A DNA stretch of 45,407 nt from Nemertoderma westbladi (Eukaryota; Animalia; Xenacoelomorpha): contig JAUCBJ010001885.1 in the NCBI GenBank assembly GCA_032718475.1, forward strand, positions 1 through 45,407, read 5' to 3'. Of this stretch, positions 24,743 through 37,987 are shown piece by piece (the stretch's first letter is position 1; each line of letters opens with the position of its first letter). Position numbers and translations under genes: made by a program. The notes beneath the pieces were generated by a model, which worked only from the letters and a program-made list of their open reading frames with translations, was not told the DNA's origin and searched no databases.

Positions 24743-25150
24743 ACACTGCAGGGTGACTACAAAACAAAGACCCAATTATAAAGACCTGCATATTCATGTT
24801 ACATGTGTTAACTTTCGTTAATTGTTTTGAATCCCCCGTAACGCCTCTGTAACTTGCTCCTTTTCTAACCTGCTCCTTTAAATAGCAATGGTACATAACG
24901 CTCATTGTGACCTGTACAAAACAAAGAGGTAAAAGTCGCGTTACGTCCCAAAGAGCTTTAGGTCCTATTGCCAGAGAGCGTGAGGTCACATTGCCATTTA
25001 AAGGAACAGGTTAGTAAAGAAGCAGGTTACAGAGGCGTCTTGGGGAACCAAAACAATAAACGAAAGTTAACACATGTGTTTTGTATTTGTACAGGTCTTT
25101 ATTATTTGGGTCGTTGGTCTTTGTTTTGTAGTCACCCGACACTGCGGTGT
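24743..25150. repeat. Foldback with diverged arms of about 150 bp
   Basis: GGGTGACTACAAAACAAAGACC...TTTAAATAGCAATG is inverted as CATTGCCATTTAAAG...GGTCTTTGTTTTGTAGTCACCC. Confidence 0.85.
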
Positions 25151-26213
25151 TGCATGGGGGCCACCAATCCACCCACCCACACTCAACTCCCAACTTCCTG
25201 GACACTAGGATACTGAGTGAAAGCGTCTGAAACTACTACAGGAACTCCATGACAGACTATGGGCTAGCGACTAGGGACTGGCGCCCTTGAACATGTAAAC
25301 TGTAGTACCTACTGTACCACCTACCTTAAAGTGACCTGTGGGACCAGCCCATTATTAGTGAGGTCGGCATTTCTCTTTATCCTGCTGCTCTCTTTGTATT
25401 ACAATAGCATACAGCTAACCAATGGCAATGGTCTACCCCAGTGCGGGAAAACCAAGCTGGCTACCATTGAAATGAATAGGGGAAGGATAATATGGTGTGT
25501 TCGTGTTCCCATCCTAATGTATGTCGTCTTGGCTCAGCTAAGCTTAAACAGAGCCACAGCCTACAATAGAGCTTTACCTAAATACACTTCCAGTGTAGTA
25601 GCGGGTTAGCTCCAAAATGCCCATGTAGGATTTCTTCGAAAAAGGTCCAATTGGTTGAGTTACGAGTTACAGTGAAAAAGTATTCATGATTAGATTTTGC
25701 TTTGAACAGGAGAAACAGATGGAGGTCATCTAATTAATTGTTTAAAGATTAGCAAACAATACAGTGTAATTGAATTGATGAAATCCATAAATAAAACGTG
25801 GATACAAAATGTAAAATCGGGATGCAAAATATAAATTTCTGAGCTAAGAAAGGGAAATTGGATACTGTACAACTTGTCTGGATACAAGCGGTCCGTTTAC
25901 CTTACAAAATGAAAATAAACGTGCGAAATCTAAAACAGTAGTGTCCTACTCGAACGGAACGGAACTGTCCGGGTGGTGGGGAGGGAATGTCCGGAAATCG
26001 AAGCCTACATCCTGGGCTTTACTTACACTCAGCCTCTATTCACTGGCTGTGATTGACAAGCCAACTTGCCTCAGAAGTTCCTTTCATGAATGCCGCAATT
26101 TATATTTGGCCATTTTGGTCGTTTTGGCCGCCAAAATGACCAAGTTAATGTTTATTGGGATTGGGACTGTAATTAATATAATCAAGCATTTCCTGTACAA
26201 ATTTATAGTTACA

Positions 26214-26272
26214 TACTACTCTACTACTACTAGGTCAAGCGAACTCGGACAGTGGAAATGAGATCCTTCCAG
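26214..26272 (-). mobile_element. Very short copy of the same RTE 3' end
   Basis: The reverse complement matches 23790-23843, including the (TAG)n tail, with about 2 mismatches. Confidence 0.88.
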
Positions 26273-26626
26273 TAATCAGTAATCATCATACCTTAAAAAT
26301 ATGACTTCATTTAATTTAAAGAAATATACACTCTTTATTAAAAATAATAAGTTCCCCTTTTATAAGCAAACCAAACTAGTTCTTCTTTACAGGGTAAAGT
26401 AGTGTAACAGTTACAGAGTGACTGCAGAGAAACATAATAAGTAATAATAATATAAAAAGAGTTTGACTGATAATATAACTTGCATTAATATAATAACATA
26501 AATATACTAAAATCTTTCAAACCAATAACCAGATTTAATATCAATGAGGAAAAATCCAAACCCAATCAATTTGTTTTCTAATATATATAGGAAGGGGCGT
26601 ATTGTACTTTACACAGTGGGCAGAGA

Positions 26627-27433
26627 GTGTGGCTGGTATTCCTCAAAATTAGAGAAGTTCTGTTACATTCTCTGGCTCCATCATTCACTGAAAGTGAAAT
26701 AGATATTTTTTCAGTTATTATTTCCGAATTTTTAGAGATTTATAATGATACATTTAATCTAGAATCCTTGCAGCTGAAATTCCATAATTTAACTCATTAC
26801 CCGGGTGCCATACGACAATTGGGCCCCTTAATATGGATTTGGTCATTACGACTTGAAGCAAGACACCGTGACTGGAAACGTACATCGGGTGTGATTTGTT
26901 GTTTTAAAAATATTGTTAAGACGCTTGCCAAGCGTCATCAAATGAATCAAGCATTCAAGCTGTTTGGTGGCACTGGAATAGGGGTTCTTGATGAACTTAT
27001 TGTCAAATCTCCTACAGCTACAACACTGGCCTCATTTGTGAATGGTTCAGATTTAGCTAAAATCTTAGACTATGATATTAACGAAGATATTACTTCTTGT
27101 AGTGGCATAACTGTTCATTCTATTGACTATCATCTTGGACATGCGCTTTGTCTTTCATATTCATGTGATTCCTTTGTTTTCCCACAGTTTTGTTGTATTG
27201 AGAACATTTTTCTCAGAAGTTCTGGAAGTTATGGAAGTTATGGAATTATTTGTTCTCGTTATACTACACAGGACTTCAATGACCACTTTCAAGCATTTGA
27301 AGTATTTAAACCTCATACACACCTAGACAATTTAGTCTTAATTGATTCTGTTGATATTCTTATTAGTCCCTTCCCCCTTCACATGCATCTAATTCAAAGC
27401 AAATTATACATTCTGCTGCGACATAGGTTGTAG
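26627..27433 (+). pseudogene. CACTA/EnSpm transposase, C-terminal part (5' portion missing)
   Basis: KFHNLTHYP...LGPL..IWSLRLEARH...FKNIVKTLAKRHQ, the typical animal EnSpm motif around the catalytic Glu. Confidence 0.88.
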
Positions 27434-27528
27434 ACCTAGAGTATATACTAAATGTACGTAGAGTATACTTTTCTATTAAACCCTTTGGCTGATTGAGTAT
27501 TATATGTATTAAGTATATATTAAGACCT

Positions 27529-29288
27529 ATGAAGGATATACGAGGGATCGAACGTTCCTACTGCAAGGATTGTGGAGAAGAAGGGTGTGAGGAATACATG
27601 GCACCATCAGATATCAGTTCACCACAGATATGTCTCTACTGCCAGCACCCACCTACAATGCATGTTAAAGTTCTCCCAAAGCCAGAAACTGAGAATGTCA
27701 GTGCTAGTGATAGTTTACAAGATACCCGTACCAGTGGTTATCAAACGACTCCATTATGTTCCAGCACCCCGCTTATGAGACCTACTAATGTTCCTGATTT
27801 GCAATTGGGAAACAATGGTTCCAGTTCGATGACTTCTAAAGATATTGAATTTGAAGTTACTGCTAGTGTGTCACATAATGATACAAACCTTGATCATGGT
27901 CATTTGGTAAAGCGTCCACGACTATTTGAACCTGGCAGAAGTTCACTAGAGTCGAATAGTAAGAGTGACCTTGTGCAGTTTCTCGAGGGGACAAAGAGGG
28001 GAATGGAGTTGCTCAAACTTTGCGGTGTACCATTGGGAGAAGCTCAGCGAGGTATACTTGTTTCTGAGGTAGTAGATGCACTTTTTGCCAAGGATTCACT
28101 GAATCTCGAGACTTTGGATACTTTATCTGAGGAAATAGTGAATGTGTTTACTGCAGAGAAGAAGGGAACCTATTTCTTTCGGAAAACAATCCAAAAGGAA
28201 CACAAAGGGAAGTTGTATACTGTTAGCACACCATTTGGGAAACTATACAACCGATTCATAACTGTTAAGAAAAAGTTAAAAGCAACCGCCCCCGAATCTG
28301 AGGCTAGGTCCACTGATACATTCATATATACAACTGTAATCGAGAAGATAAACAAATGATGAAAGGAGAACAGAACCATGATGGAAAGCAACTAAGCAAT
28401 ATAAACTTGTAGCCTCATGTTGCTCTTTACCATGCCCATTTACAAGTAGGTAGTTGAGGTAGGTAGTCTTCCTGCTATGAAGAATTCTGTTGGAAGAATT
28501 AAAGACTTAGATAGGTATGACCTGGATAATCTGCGGGAACGATCTCAGGATGATCTCAACTACCTACTTGTAAATGGGCATGGTAAAGAGCAACATGAGG
28601 CTACAAGTTTATATTGCTTAGTTGCTTTCCATCATGGTTCTGTTCTCCTTTCATCATTTGTTTATCTTCTCGATAACAGTTGTATATATGAATGTATTAA
28701 TTTCGAATTTAAAATGCTAATGAAGGAAAAGAAGTTAAAGGTCAACTGCAATAGTTTATTTGATGCTTCCTTTATAGAAATATGCAGGAATATCTTGAAG
28801 GCTATTGGAGCTGATGTGATGGCTTAGCTGAAAGTGGAATTATAAAACATGCACTACTTTCATTACCGTCTACTTTATGCAATAAGGTTACAGTTCGACT
28901 CCCCGCGCCTGCTAATCGGAAGTTTTGGCGTTCTTCAATTAGTGATGTCAAAAACTCCTTCATAATGGAGGCAGACGATCATGCGGACATGGATTCAAAG
29001 ATAAATGATGTGGCTTCCTTGTATCTCGAAAAGAAGTTACCCATTAATCCATTAGTTGTGTACCATAACGATAGTCACCAAGTTACAGTCATTTACAACG
29101 AGCATCGTTTCGTGCGCGCAAACCTTCTACAGGGAATCGATTTAGCGTTTAAGCTGATTCATGTCTGTAACTTACAGTATCCAGATACATCTCTACATGT
29201 TTGGCTGTTCCTCGAGTTTCTGTTGGGATTGACAGCCTCAGATTTGTCGTCGAAAGTCACATCTTTGTTGTCCGATATTGGCCTTTAA
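27529..29288 (+). pseudogene. CACTA/EnSpm ORF2 (accessory protein), disrupted by an inverted duplication and a frameshift
   Basis: N-terminal Cys/His cluster, GKLYNRF, WRSSISDVKNSFI and C-terminal IDLAFKLIHVCNLQYP...HVWLFLE. ORFs 27493 and 28477 share a frame. A frameshift lies near 28820. Confidence 0.75.
28316..28697. repeat. 143-bp near-perfect inverted repeat with a 96-bp spacer
   Basis: 28316-28458 is the reverse complement of 28555-28697; I saw one mismatch. Confidence 0.95.
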
Positions 29289-29503
29289 ATACTAATTTTT
29301 TTTTAACTGATCTTCAATCTGGCCGGAATGGACCTGCTTCATAATGTTGTTTAAAATGCTTTGTTTATATATAATAGCAAGGCCAAAACTCAAAGGTCGA
29401 CTTTTACATTGAAAGAATGTTATTTGCATCAAATGAAATCACAATATTTGAAACTAGAATTTGTTGCCCTATACATTTAGTCTATACATGTATACATTTT
29501 ATC

Positions 29504-29822
29504 TCTACGTTTTAGAATATGTTTCGAATATGTTTTAGATGTTCTACGTTTTGGAATATGTTTCGAATATGTTTTAGATGTTCTACGTTTTGGAATATGT
29601 TTCGAATATGTTTTAGATGTTCTACGTTTTGGAATATGTTTCGAGTATAGAATATGTTTCGAATATGTTTTAGATGTTCTACGTTTTAGAATATGTTTCG
29701 AATATGTTTTAGATGTTCTACGTTTTAGAATATGTTTCGAATATGTTTTAGATGTTCTACGTTTTAGAATATGTTTCGAATATGTTTTAGATGTTCTACG
29801 TTTTAGAATATGTTTCGAATAT
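29504..29822. repeat. 39-bp tandem repeat, about 8 copies
   Basis: Unit TCTACGTTTTAGAATATGTTTCGAATATGTTTTAGATGT. Confidence 0.95.
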
Positions 29823-30204
29823 TTGTTCGTGAATATATATTACCTTAAATATACTTAATTTTAATTGCATATTATTAATTATTGTGTTATCGAGTAGCAG
29901 TAGCTGAGAACCCCGCTGTAATGACAAGCCACAAAATAATTACACAAAGTAATTAAGTACCGGTACTTTAACATATGGTTGAATTACTGAAATGAAAATA
30001 ATTAATTTAAAAATAATTTAAAAATTCAATAAAAAATCAATGTACATTTTCGAAAAAAAAATAGTAAATATATATATAAAATATATATAAATATATAAAA
30101 AATATTATACTTATGTATTTGCAATTAAAAAAAGGAAAGTTTGGTGGCAGAGAACCAAAATAACCCTAACAAATACTGAGAATCTGCTGCAGCCTATACA
30201 CACT

Positions 30205-30448
30205 GTTCATATTGACAATATAATTTGTCAAAATTATTGACACTTTCTAACTGTAATTTGGCAAGGTCGTGTGTCAGTTTCCAAAGTTATTTGGGCAACT
30301 TCACAATTTTACATTGTCAAATTGACAAAGCAAACTGTCCTCAAACAAATCAATCTGACCTCATCCCCATTCGCTTCTTGTTAACAAGATAAATCTTGTC
30401 AACTTGCATTTTTTTTTTGTCAACTTGGCCAGACCATTTTTTAGAGTG
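30205..30448. mobile_element. Right terminus of the CACTA element with subterminal repeats
   Basis: Ends ...TTTTTTAGAGTG followed by TA (CACTCT on the minus strand). TTGTCAA/TTGACAA motifs are clustered in both orientations. Confidence 0.75.
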
Positions 30449-30648
30449 TATTATGATATATATATATGATAGAGATACTGATACTGTCAGACTGTAGACA
30501 GACTGAGAGAGTTATCAGTGTTGAGCAGGGAGTGGCTTTACAAAAGTATTAGAAGTGTAGAACTAATTTAGTGGTGTTTTTTATGGCTAATTTTAGAACT
30601 TGTTGTGTTTTTATGGCTAATTTGAGAAATTTTTTAAAAATCTACTAC

Positions 30649-31007
30649 CATGTGCACTCTCCCCATGATGTGGGGTAAGTGCACATTTAGCGGAATTTTT
30701 AAAAAATTATGCTAGGCCGAACAAATATTTATTTATTTAAGTGAGATAAGATATATTTATTATGAATATCCATAGTAAATTTACATTGTAAACTGCACAA
30801 GTTGTTTATTAAATAGCCTAAATACCTAGGCTAGGCCGAACAAATATACATTGGAGTAGCTTACAATGACATTCACATGATAGCTATGTAATTAGTTACT
30901 TAACCTAATTCAAGCAAGTTTCTTATTTTAAATGAGTTGCAAGAGTGAATAATTTGTAGTCAAAGTCTAACTTTTTCAAAACAATGTGCACTTCCCCCAC
31001 TCTACCC
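30649..31007. mobile_element. Remnant of a TIR MITE
   Basis: ATGTGCACT..CCCCA motifs at 30650, 30672 (inverted) and 30984. It ends CCCCACTCTACCC followed by TA. Confidence 0.4.
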
Positions 31008-31133
31008 TATAAGGGATAGCTTACTAATGTAACTTATATATGATTGTCATGTAAATTGGAATTTTGGAATAAGGTTCGCTTTAAATTAGTATGCAGGATG
31101 GCCCTCTTCGAGTTCAATAAGTTCGAACACATG

Positions 31134-31303
31134 TGATAAACAGAATACCACCTGTCCTAGGAGTGATATACGATATATCAACCTTCAGCAAATAAATTTG
31201 TATAACAAACTCGGCCTTCGGCCTCGGTAGTTATACAGTTTATTTGCTTCCGGTTGATATATCGTATATCACTCCAAGAACAGGTGATATTCTCTGTTTA
31301 TCA
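31134..31303. mobile_element. Long hairpin resembling a non-autonomous Crypton-type element
   Basis: Arms of about 75 bp (GGAGTGATATACGATATATCAACC / GGTTGATATATCGTATATCACTCC) around CTCGGCCTTCGGCCTCGG. A related fragment lies at about 879-905. Confidence 0.6.
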
Positions 31304-31480
31304 TGTATTCTTGCTTATTCTCAAATCTGATTGGCTAAACAATAGGGTGATATAACTGTATATCACCCAGCTAAAGCCAAAATATCCAATGTAACTATGT
31401 TAACACTGCTAATACAAAATTCTAGAACTTAAATAACTGTATTAATCACCCAGTTAAAGCCAAAATACCCAATGTAACTA

Positions 31481-32373
31481 CACCATGACCCGTAATACAG
31501 TGACATTTTCTGATGACACGGACCCCCCCCCCCCATATTTTTCTACAAATCTTTATCATATTGCTTGAAATTTGAAATACAACTAGTTCAACTCACCGTG
31601 GTTGTTACCATGAAGCCGGAATTTTCGATTTCGCCTTTAAATTTTATTTATAAGCGTTTTAAAAATGTGTCTTTTGCGAAATCGCACCCTCTGTATCATT
31701 GCCATTCTTCACTTTAGTCGTATCAATAGAAAGCTTGCGTTGAAAGGATTCCAAATATGTAACAATATCTGAATTTCATTGAGAAACAGCTGAGAAATAG
31801 GCACTCAAAGATTGCAAGAATTATTGTTCACTGCAGGCCATTTATTCTATTTAATAAATACACAATATTCTGGAACAATTTGTTTATGTATGATTAGCTA
31901 TGCAATATAGATATCGTATAGGCATACCGGTACCGCTGTTGCCAACCAACTCATAAAATAAATAAGAATTTTGAATATTGTGTATTTATTAAATAGAATA
32001 AATGGCCTACATCGAACAATAATTCTTGCAATCTTTGAACGCCTATTTCTCAGCTGTTTCTCAATGAAATTCAGATATTGTTACATATTTGGAATCCTTT
32101 CAATGCAAGCTTTCTATTGATGTGAAAATACGACTAAAGTGAAGAATGGGAATGATACAGAGGGTGCGATTTCGCAAAAGACACTTTTTTAAAACGCTTA
32201 TAAATAAAATTTAAAGGCGAAATCGAAAATTCCGGCTTCATGGTAACAACCACGGTGAGTTGAACTAGTTGTGTTTCAAATTTCAAGCAACATGATAAAG
32301 ATTTGTAGAAAAATATGGGGGGGGGGGGGGGTCCGTGTCATCAGAAAATGTCACTTTATTACGGGTCATGGTG
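31481..32373. mobile_element. Transib-like non-autonomous foldback (arms of about 390 bp)
   Basis: CACCATG...CATGGTG termini. Arms span 31481-31870 and 31973-32373. The 5-bp TSD is AACTA/TACTA. Confidence 0.85.
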
Positions 32374-33332
32374 TACTATATTAAAACTCCTGATACAAAA
32401 TTCTAGAACTTACACATTTATTGTTGTGTTTTAGACATTATTTTTTGCACATTCTTCCCAATGTTGAAAGAATGTATATTAGTCTGGTCGATAAGACAAT
32501 GTACCCGGAAAAAAATGTTACCAAGCTATATTTGGTATGGTTCGAATCGCTAGGATCCCCGCTTTCGAAATCTGAAAAGTCCTCTCTTCAATAGGGTGGG
32601 CAACTCTCACAAATCCCGTTTCCATAGCAACCGATATAAGAATATATATAATTACATTTAAAGCAACTGGGCTAGCTCCTACCCCCACTATATCACCAAC
32701 GGAGAATTCATTGAACATATTTTAAATTCTCAGTTACCATGGCAACCGGTAGATTCACCATATCAACCATCGATTTGGCCATCTTGAGGCAACGGGACCA
32801 ACTCCTAATCCCACTATATCGGCTACGGAAAATTCATTGATAAAATTTTCAAGTCTCAGTTACTATGGCAACCGGTAGATTCACCATATATTCACCTACT
32901 CCTACCATGGTAACTCCTATCCCCGCTATTAATATTAATAAATTAAGGAATGATATTTTATTAAACCAAAAATATAATAATTATTAAATATTATCAATTT
33001 ATAATAGAAATATTGAAAATTGTATATTATACCTAGAGTTTATCATGAACCAAAGTTATTATAATAAATAATATCACCCTTTATTAGTGGAACAATTGCA
33101 TCTATACACCGTTTATTAAACAATACCTGTAATAATTAATGTTACTTAAATAAACAATTAATGTTATTTATAAATAAAGATTGTTAATAAATAGAAAAAT
33201 AAATATAATAATGTTATTAGAAAAGAGTTAATAGTAAAAATGTGGTATTTTTGTTAATATTAATTGTTAATATTATAATAATAAAATTTAATAATTTGTC
33301 TTAAAAAAATATTTCAGCCATTATAAAAGTAT

Positions 33333-36300
33333 CTATCCAGAACTATAGAACGTTGCACCATCTTCATATTCGTCCGCTTCTCCTTCTTGGTCTAGCACGA
33401 CTTGGGTGATATTACTGCAATCAGTTCCTCGGCAGTCACTGCAAGCAGTTACACATGTCAGCCCGTGTTTTCGACAAGAACATAGCTTTGTGCCACAGCA
33501 ATTTCTCGACGAGATCTTACACTTACATCTTATAAAATTGAGAATTTTCTCTGGAGCAGGATCTAAATCCGTCATTACAGGTATATATACTTGTCATTCT
33601 TCACCTCCCACCCCCACTGGCAAGGATCCAGTAGACACTTACCAAGACTCTTCCAAACAACAACTTGCAGGTGAACGCGAAGGGAGTGGAATAAGGCTGC
33701 TCGTTCAGTCGGGGGAAGTCGATCAGGTTGCAACTTCTTGGTTGATGTCGCAGTAAACTCCATATATCGGATATATCTGAGTGTATCAAGTGAATCCCCA
33801 GGTTTTCCGGAATACATTTTATTAAATATCTTTTGCCCTGCACTCGCAACATCGGTTTGTAAAGAATTTTCATTATTTATTGTTTCACAACAGCGAAGGA
33901 TCTCTTGTGATCTGTGAATGAGTTTAATTAGCTCACATTTTCCATACCCAAATATTGCAGAAGTTGAGTCACATCCACCCCAAGCGTGAATTACAAGTAG
34001 ATTATGGATTACATCTGAGCTAAATTTTTCTACTATGTCTCGAATTCTAACCAGAGTTGCATCCTTGCCTTTCAACCGTTTTCGGTCAGAATGAAAATAT
34101 ACGTCAGCCATGTCTGGACACCAATGGTACAGCAAAAGAACAAGAACATCGGTGTCATCAGCGTCCACAATCACAGTGTCTCCTTTTGCAGCCAATCGCA
34201 GTGCTTCAAAGACAATATCTGTATCAGCATCGCCTTTACTTTGAACTACTGAGTGTCCATTTGCTGTAAAGAGGCGAGACAACATCTTTATCAACTGATC
34301 TTTATTCTTCTCATTGTACAAAAACAGATTCTGAGGGACAGCTACTTGCAAGTCATCACGAATTTGAATGTTGGCAGATGTTTTCCTTGCCCGTCGCTTA
34401 TGTTCTTGGTCTTTTATTGATGGGCCCGCATTGTATCCATCAAAAACAATGTTGGATGGGCCATACTTTGCTTCTATATATTTCAGATATTGCGCAACTA
34501 TATCTCTGTACATACCTTTTGGTAGCCACCGTACCCTGTGAAGTAGAGCACCACCATCTAAAACATGTGAAGCATGTTCTGGTGAATGGGTTTCTGGAAT
34601 ACCAGCAGTAAGGTGATATGCTAGTACCGCTTTGTTTGTTTTTCGCATTTGAGAATCCTTGAATAATGAAGTTGGAAAAGGAGTGAGCTCAAATTTGAAA
34701 TACGGAGTCAGATCTTCACATCTTTCCATAACAATGATAAGTCGGGAAAACAAAGCATTTGGATCAATATGAATAGCTTGTCCTTCAATTTTTATGCATT
34801 TCTCTAAGTTTATTAGGGTGGAAATTTGATCACTTCTTTTCAGTGAGCTCTCCAAAATGCTCACATTATCGAGATTCTTTTGGATAGAATGACCAACTGC
34901 CTCTACATCATCACAATTTATCCCATCGCCATCAGAAGCCGTTAAACCTGATGATAATGATCTCAACCCAGGGAGGTTTGAGTCAAATGGGTTATGTTGG
35001 GATATCCAATTGATAATTTCAACCATGTCGTCAAAATCCCTTGTTCTTCTTGCGGTAGTAAGATCCACATGCTGTTCACTGGTCCTGTGAGAATGTCCTG
35101 TCAGTGTGGTCATGGCATAATGCACTTGGGCACATTCATGGATACTGTATACCCATATCAATCTGACAGATTCTGTAATCCCTCGACCTCTAGTAAGACC
35201 TCCTCTGCTCTTGATAGATCTCATCATGACTTGTTCGATGATAAGATCAGTCCATAAGCCAGCCCAGTAACGATCACTGCGCCTCACAGAGTGAAACCCA
35301 TACTGTGAGAACTGCCGATACAACCATTGGTGTTTTTTAGGCAATTCCAGCATCCATTGCAAATACAAACGAGCACTCTTCGCATAATTAAAATGTCCTG
35401 TTGCCGCAAATATATTTATCATCCTCCCAACTGCTACAAGATGCGTATTCCAATCTCCGGTTCTCTCTGCACGAATGAACAACTTCAGGGTGTTAACACA
35501 CTCAATATAAGAAAGCCACAACTTTGCTGTTCTAGATCTTTCCTTTAGTTCATTCATTACACAATTAAGAACTTTCTCCAGTTTCAAAAGTGCAGTTGAA
35601 TTACTTACATCATGAATGCTGATGTCATGAGTACTGAGCTTCATATACAACTCCTTTAGCTCCTCCACCTCTCCATGGTCCAATTTTTCAGTTAAATCTT
35701 GATTCAATTCCACTGTACGCTTATGGTGATTCTCAACATCTTCAGTTGCTGCTGGTTTTCCTATATCCTTTCCCTTTTCTTCTTCATCCATGCTGCTTAT
35801 GACTCCCTCTCCCATGACAGTTGGTTCTCCCACTTCAGGTGCTAGTGGGAAAACTGTATCAAAAATTTTTATCATCAAAGCTGCTTCTACTATGAAGTGC
35901 GCCCGTATTGCTCTTGATATAGCCTTTCCAGAAAGAATATGTGGGACTGAGTTCACACCATAGATTGTATTTAACAGCTCAGACAATCCAGAACCATTCA
36001 TTAAACTGCCAATGCTTCCTAAAAAGCTCATCATCATATGAAAACCTCCCAGCCGGCAAACTATGCCCATTGATTTTGCATCAATAATTTCTACAGCTTT
36101 TCTCCACAAGGGTTGGTCAAAGGTGATGCAAGGAGTTGGAATATTGAGATGTTCTGCTTGGTTTTTAACAAATAACAGTGTAGAGTATATACAACTATCA
36201 TCTGAAGGTTTCAAATCAATAATCGGCATCATAGTTATGGCAGAGGGTGGAAGGTAGGATCCAGTAGATACATCTTGGACGAAACCTGTCCAGTTTGGCC

Positions 36301-37987
36301 GAGGGTTATCCCTATTGGTAAACTGCCATGCAGCATGCCACAGCAAATCGCAACTGTTTGACAGTAGTAGAATGTATGGAAATTGAAGCTGTATCAAAGG
36401 CTTGAACTTTTCTGATGCCAAACCATGCGCGGACGTCTCATGATACCAAGTAATTGGAATGCTTTTGTTTGCAACTGCTGTCCCGACTTTTATGATCTTT
36501 TGGCATGACACAGGTGGACTTACCCTACGTGGACGTTGCTCACTGAGTGGTGTGGATACTGCAATTATCCCCATACCATGGAAGGTGTCTTTACCATCCA
36601 ATGTACACACATTATGATCAACATTATCTGCCACCCACTGGGTCACACTGTCAGGGTACTTGGGTAAGACATCATTGAAGTTAGTCGAGATAATTGCGTT
36701 CTGCTTAAATCTAGTAACTTCATCATAAGAAACAGAGTATCCCAGTCTAAAAAGTTCATTAACTAACCATTTTGACCCGAAGATAAAGTCTAATTCTACA
36801 CCCAATCCGAGCAACAAAGGTGGTATCACTGATCGAGGTCTGGCAGAATGTACTAAACAATGTCCAATGGATGCCTGTTTAATTGGTGATTTAACAATAT
36901 TCTTCAAAAATACTTGCAACAATGGGGGCAACCACTGAAGTGCAGCATCAACATCGTGAATCTCATGATTTGATGGGTACGAATTCATATTAAAAGACAT
37001 TTCTCTGATCTGCGCCTTAATGATCTTTGCAGCTGATGCGACAATTCTTGCTGAATCATCTTCAATTGTCTCTCGTTTAGCCTCATACCATTTATCATTG
37101 ATAATTAATTTGGTCATATCCCGCAAACAAACAACATTATTTCGGCCATTAACTTCCGCAAAGAATATGTAGTTCTGGTAACGATCTTGCAGTTTCTGTT
37201 TTAGTCTTTTCAGGGAATACACATCGTCAATTTTGTCCCCAGCCATTTCGATCATTTGATCATGAAGCTCCCCAAGAGTGTATAACTCAGCTTCATCCTC
37301 CAGCCATTCGCACAATTCATTGAAGACTTGCAATATTGAATGGTTCTCTGGACGACCGCGACCAAGACTGGGTGGGAGAAGTTTCCCTCTTAAAGGACTT
37401 AAATTTCTACTCGAACAAAAGCGAGTGTGGCATGATTTATGGTAAATGGCATCAACTGCAACAAGGTCTATACAGCTTTCCAGACGGCCCTGTACTTCTA
37501 TTGACCATGCATCTCCCCCACGCTGAATACATTTCTGGAGCATTTCGTCATGAAAAGGAATCGTTCTGACAATTCTAGAATCTTTGTCTCTATTTGGATG
37601 CTTCTTATCAAATAGCACTTTACATCCACAGAAAAAGCAGTGCATCTTCCACTGAAATTCGCAGCATGTGGAACGAAGTTTCTGCCTCTTGGTGAATGAT
37701 GATGCTTGTTGTTCATGTTCATCTGTAGGTTTTAAACGTTTTGAATCAACAAATTGGCGACGGCATTCTTTGTGAACAAGAACGACGCCAGGAGGTACAG
37801 TAGTAGACTGTTGAACAAGATGTCTGTGAAGATCCTCTATACCATGCAGCTCACTATAAGTTATGAGATTAGGCAGTCCACGAGTAACAGTTACTTGATC
37901 AGCCACAGACTGGAATTTGTTGCCACAAATAACACACATATTATTTCCATTAAATTTTGTTTTCTTACTTACTTCTTCCATGTTCAT
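33333..37987 (-). CDS. Academ transposase: DDE domain, XPG/PIN-like nuclease and C-terminal Cys-rich finger; one 2-bp frameshift near 33585
   Basis: 1470-aa ORF with YHKSC, ADNVD, TFDQPL, LGGFH, WTDLIIEQ, VLDGGALLH, VFDGY, DADT, DDTDVLVLL, GCDSTS, LPPT and WGW. The Cys-rich tail is in ORF 33333-33575. Confidence 0.9.

Larger units (their letters stand above)
24105..26169. mobile_element. Non-autonomous Tc1/mariner-type element, about 2.07 kb
   Basis: TIRs of about 57 bp starting CAGTCCCAATCCCAATAAACATTAACTTGGTC. TA TSD at 24103-24104 and 26170-26171. An empty paralogous site lies at about 39924. Confidence 0.93.

Noticed and set aside
26611-26617. CACAGTG as a V(D)J RSS heptamer or Transib end
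   Set aside because: No nonamer at 12/23 spacing and no matching inverted partner.
28477-28827. Independent 116-aa gene
   Set aside because: It is in frame with the upstream ORF and is better explained as part of the disrupted CACTA ORF2.
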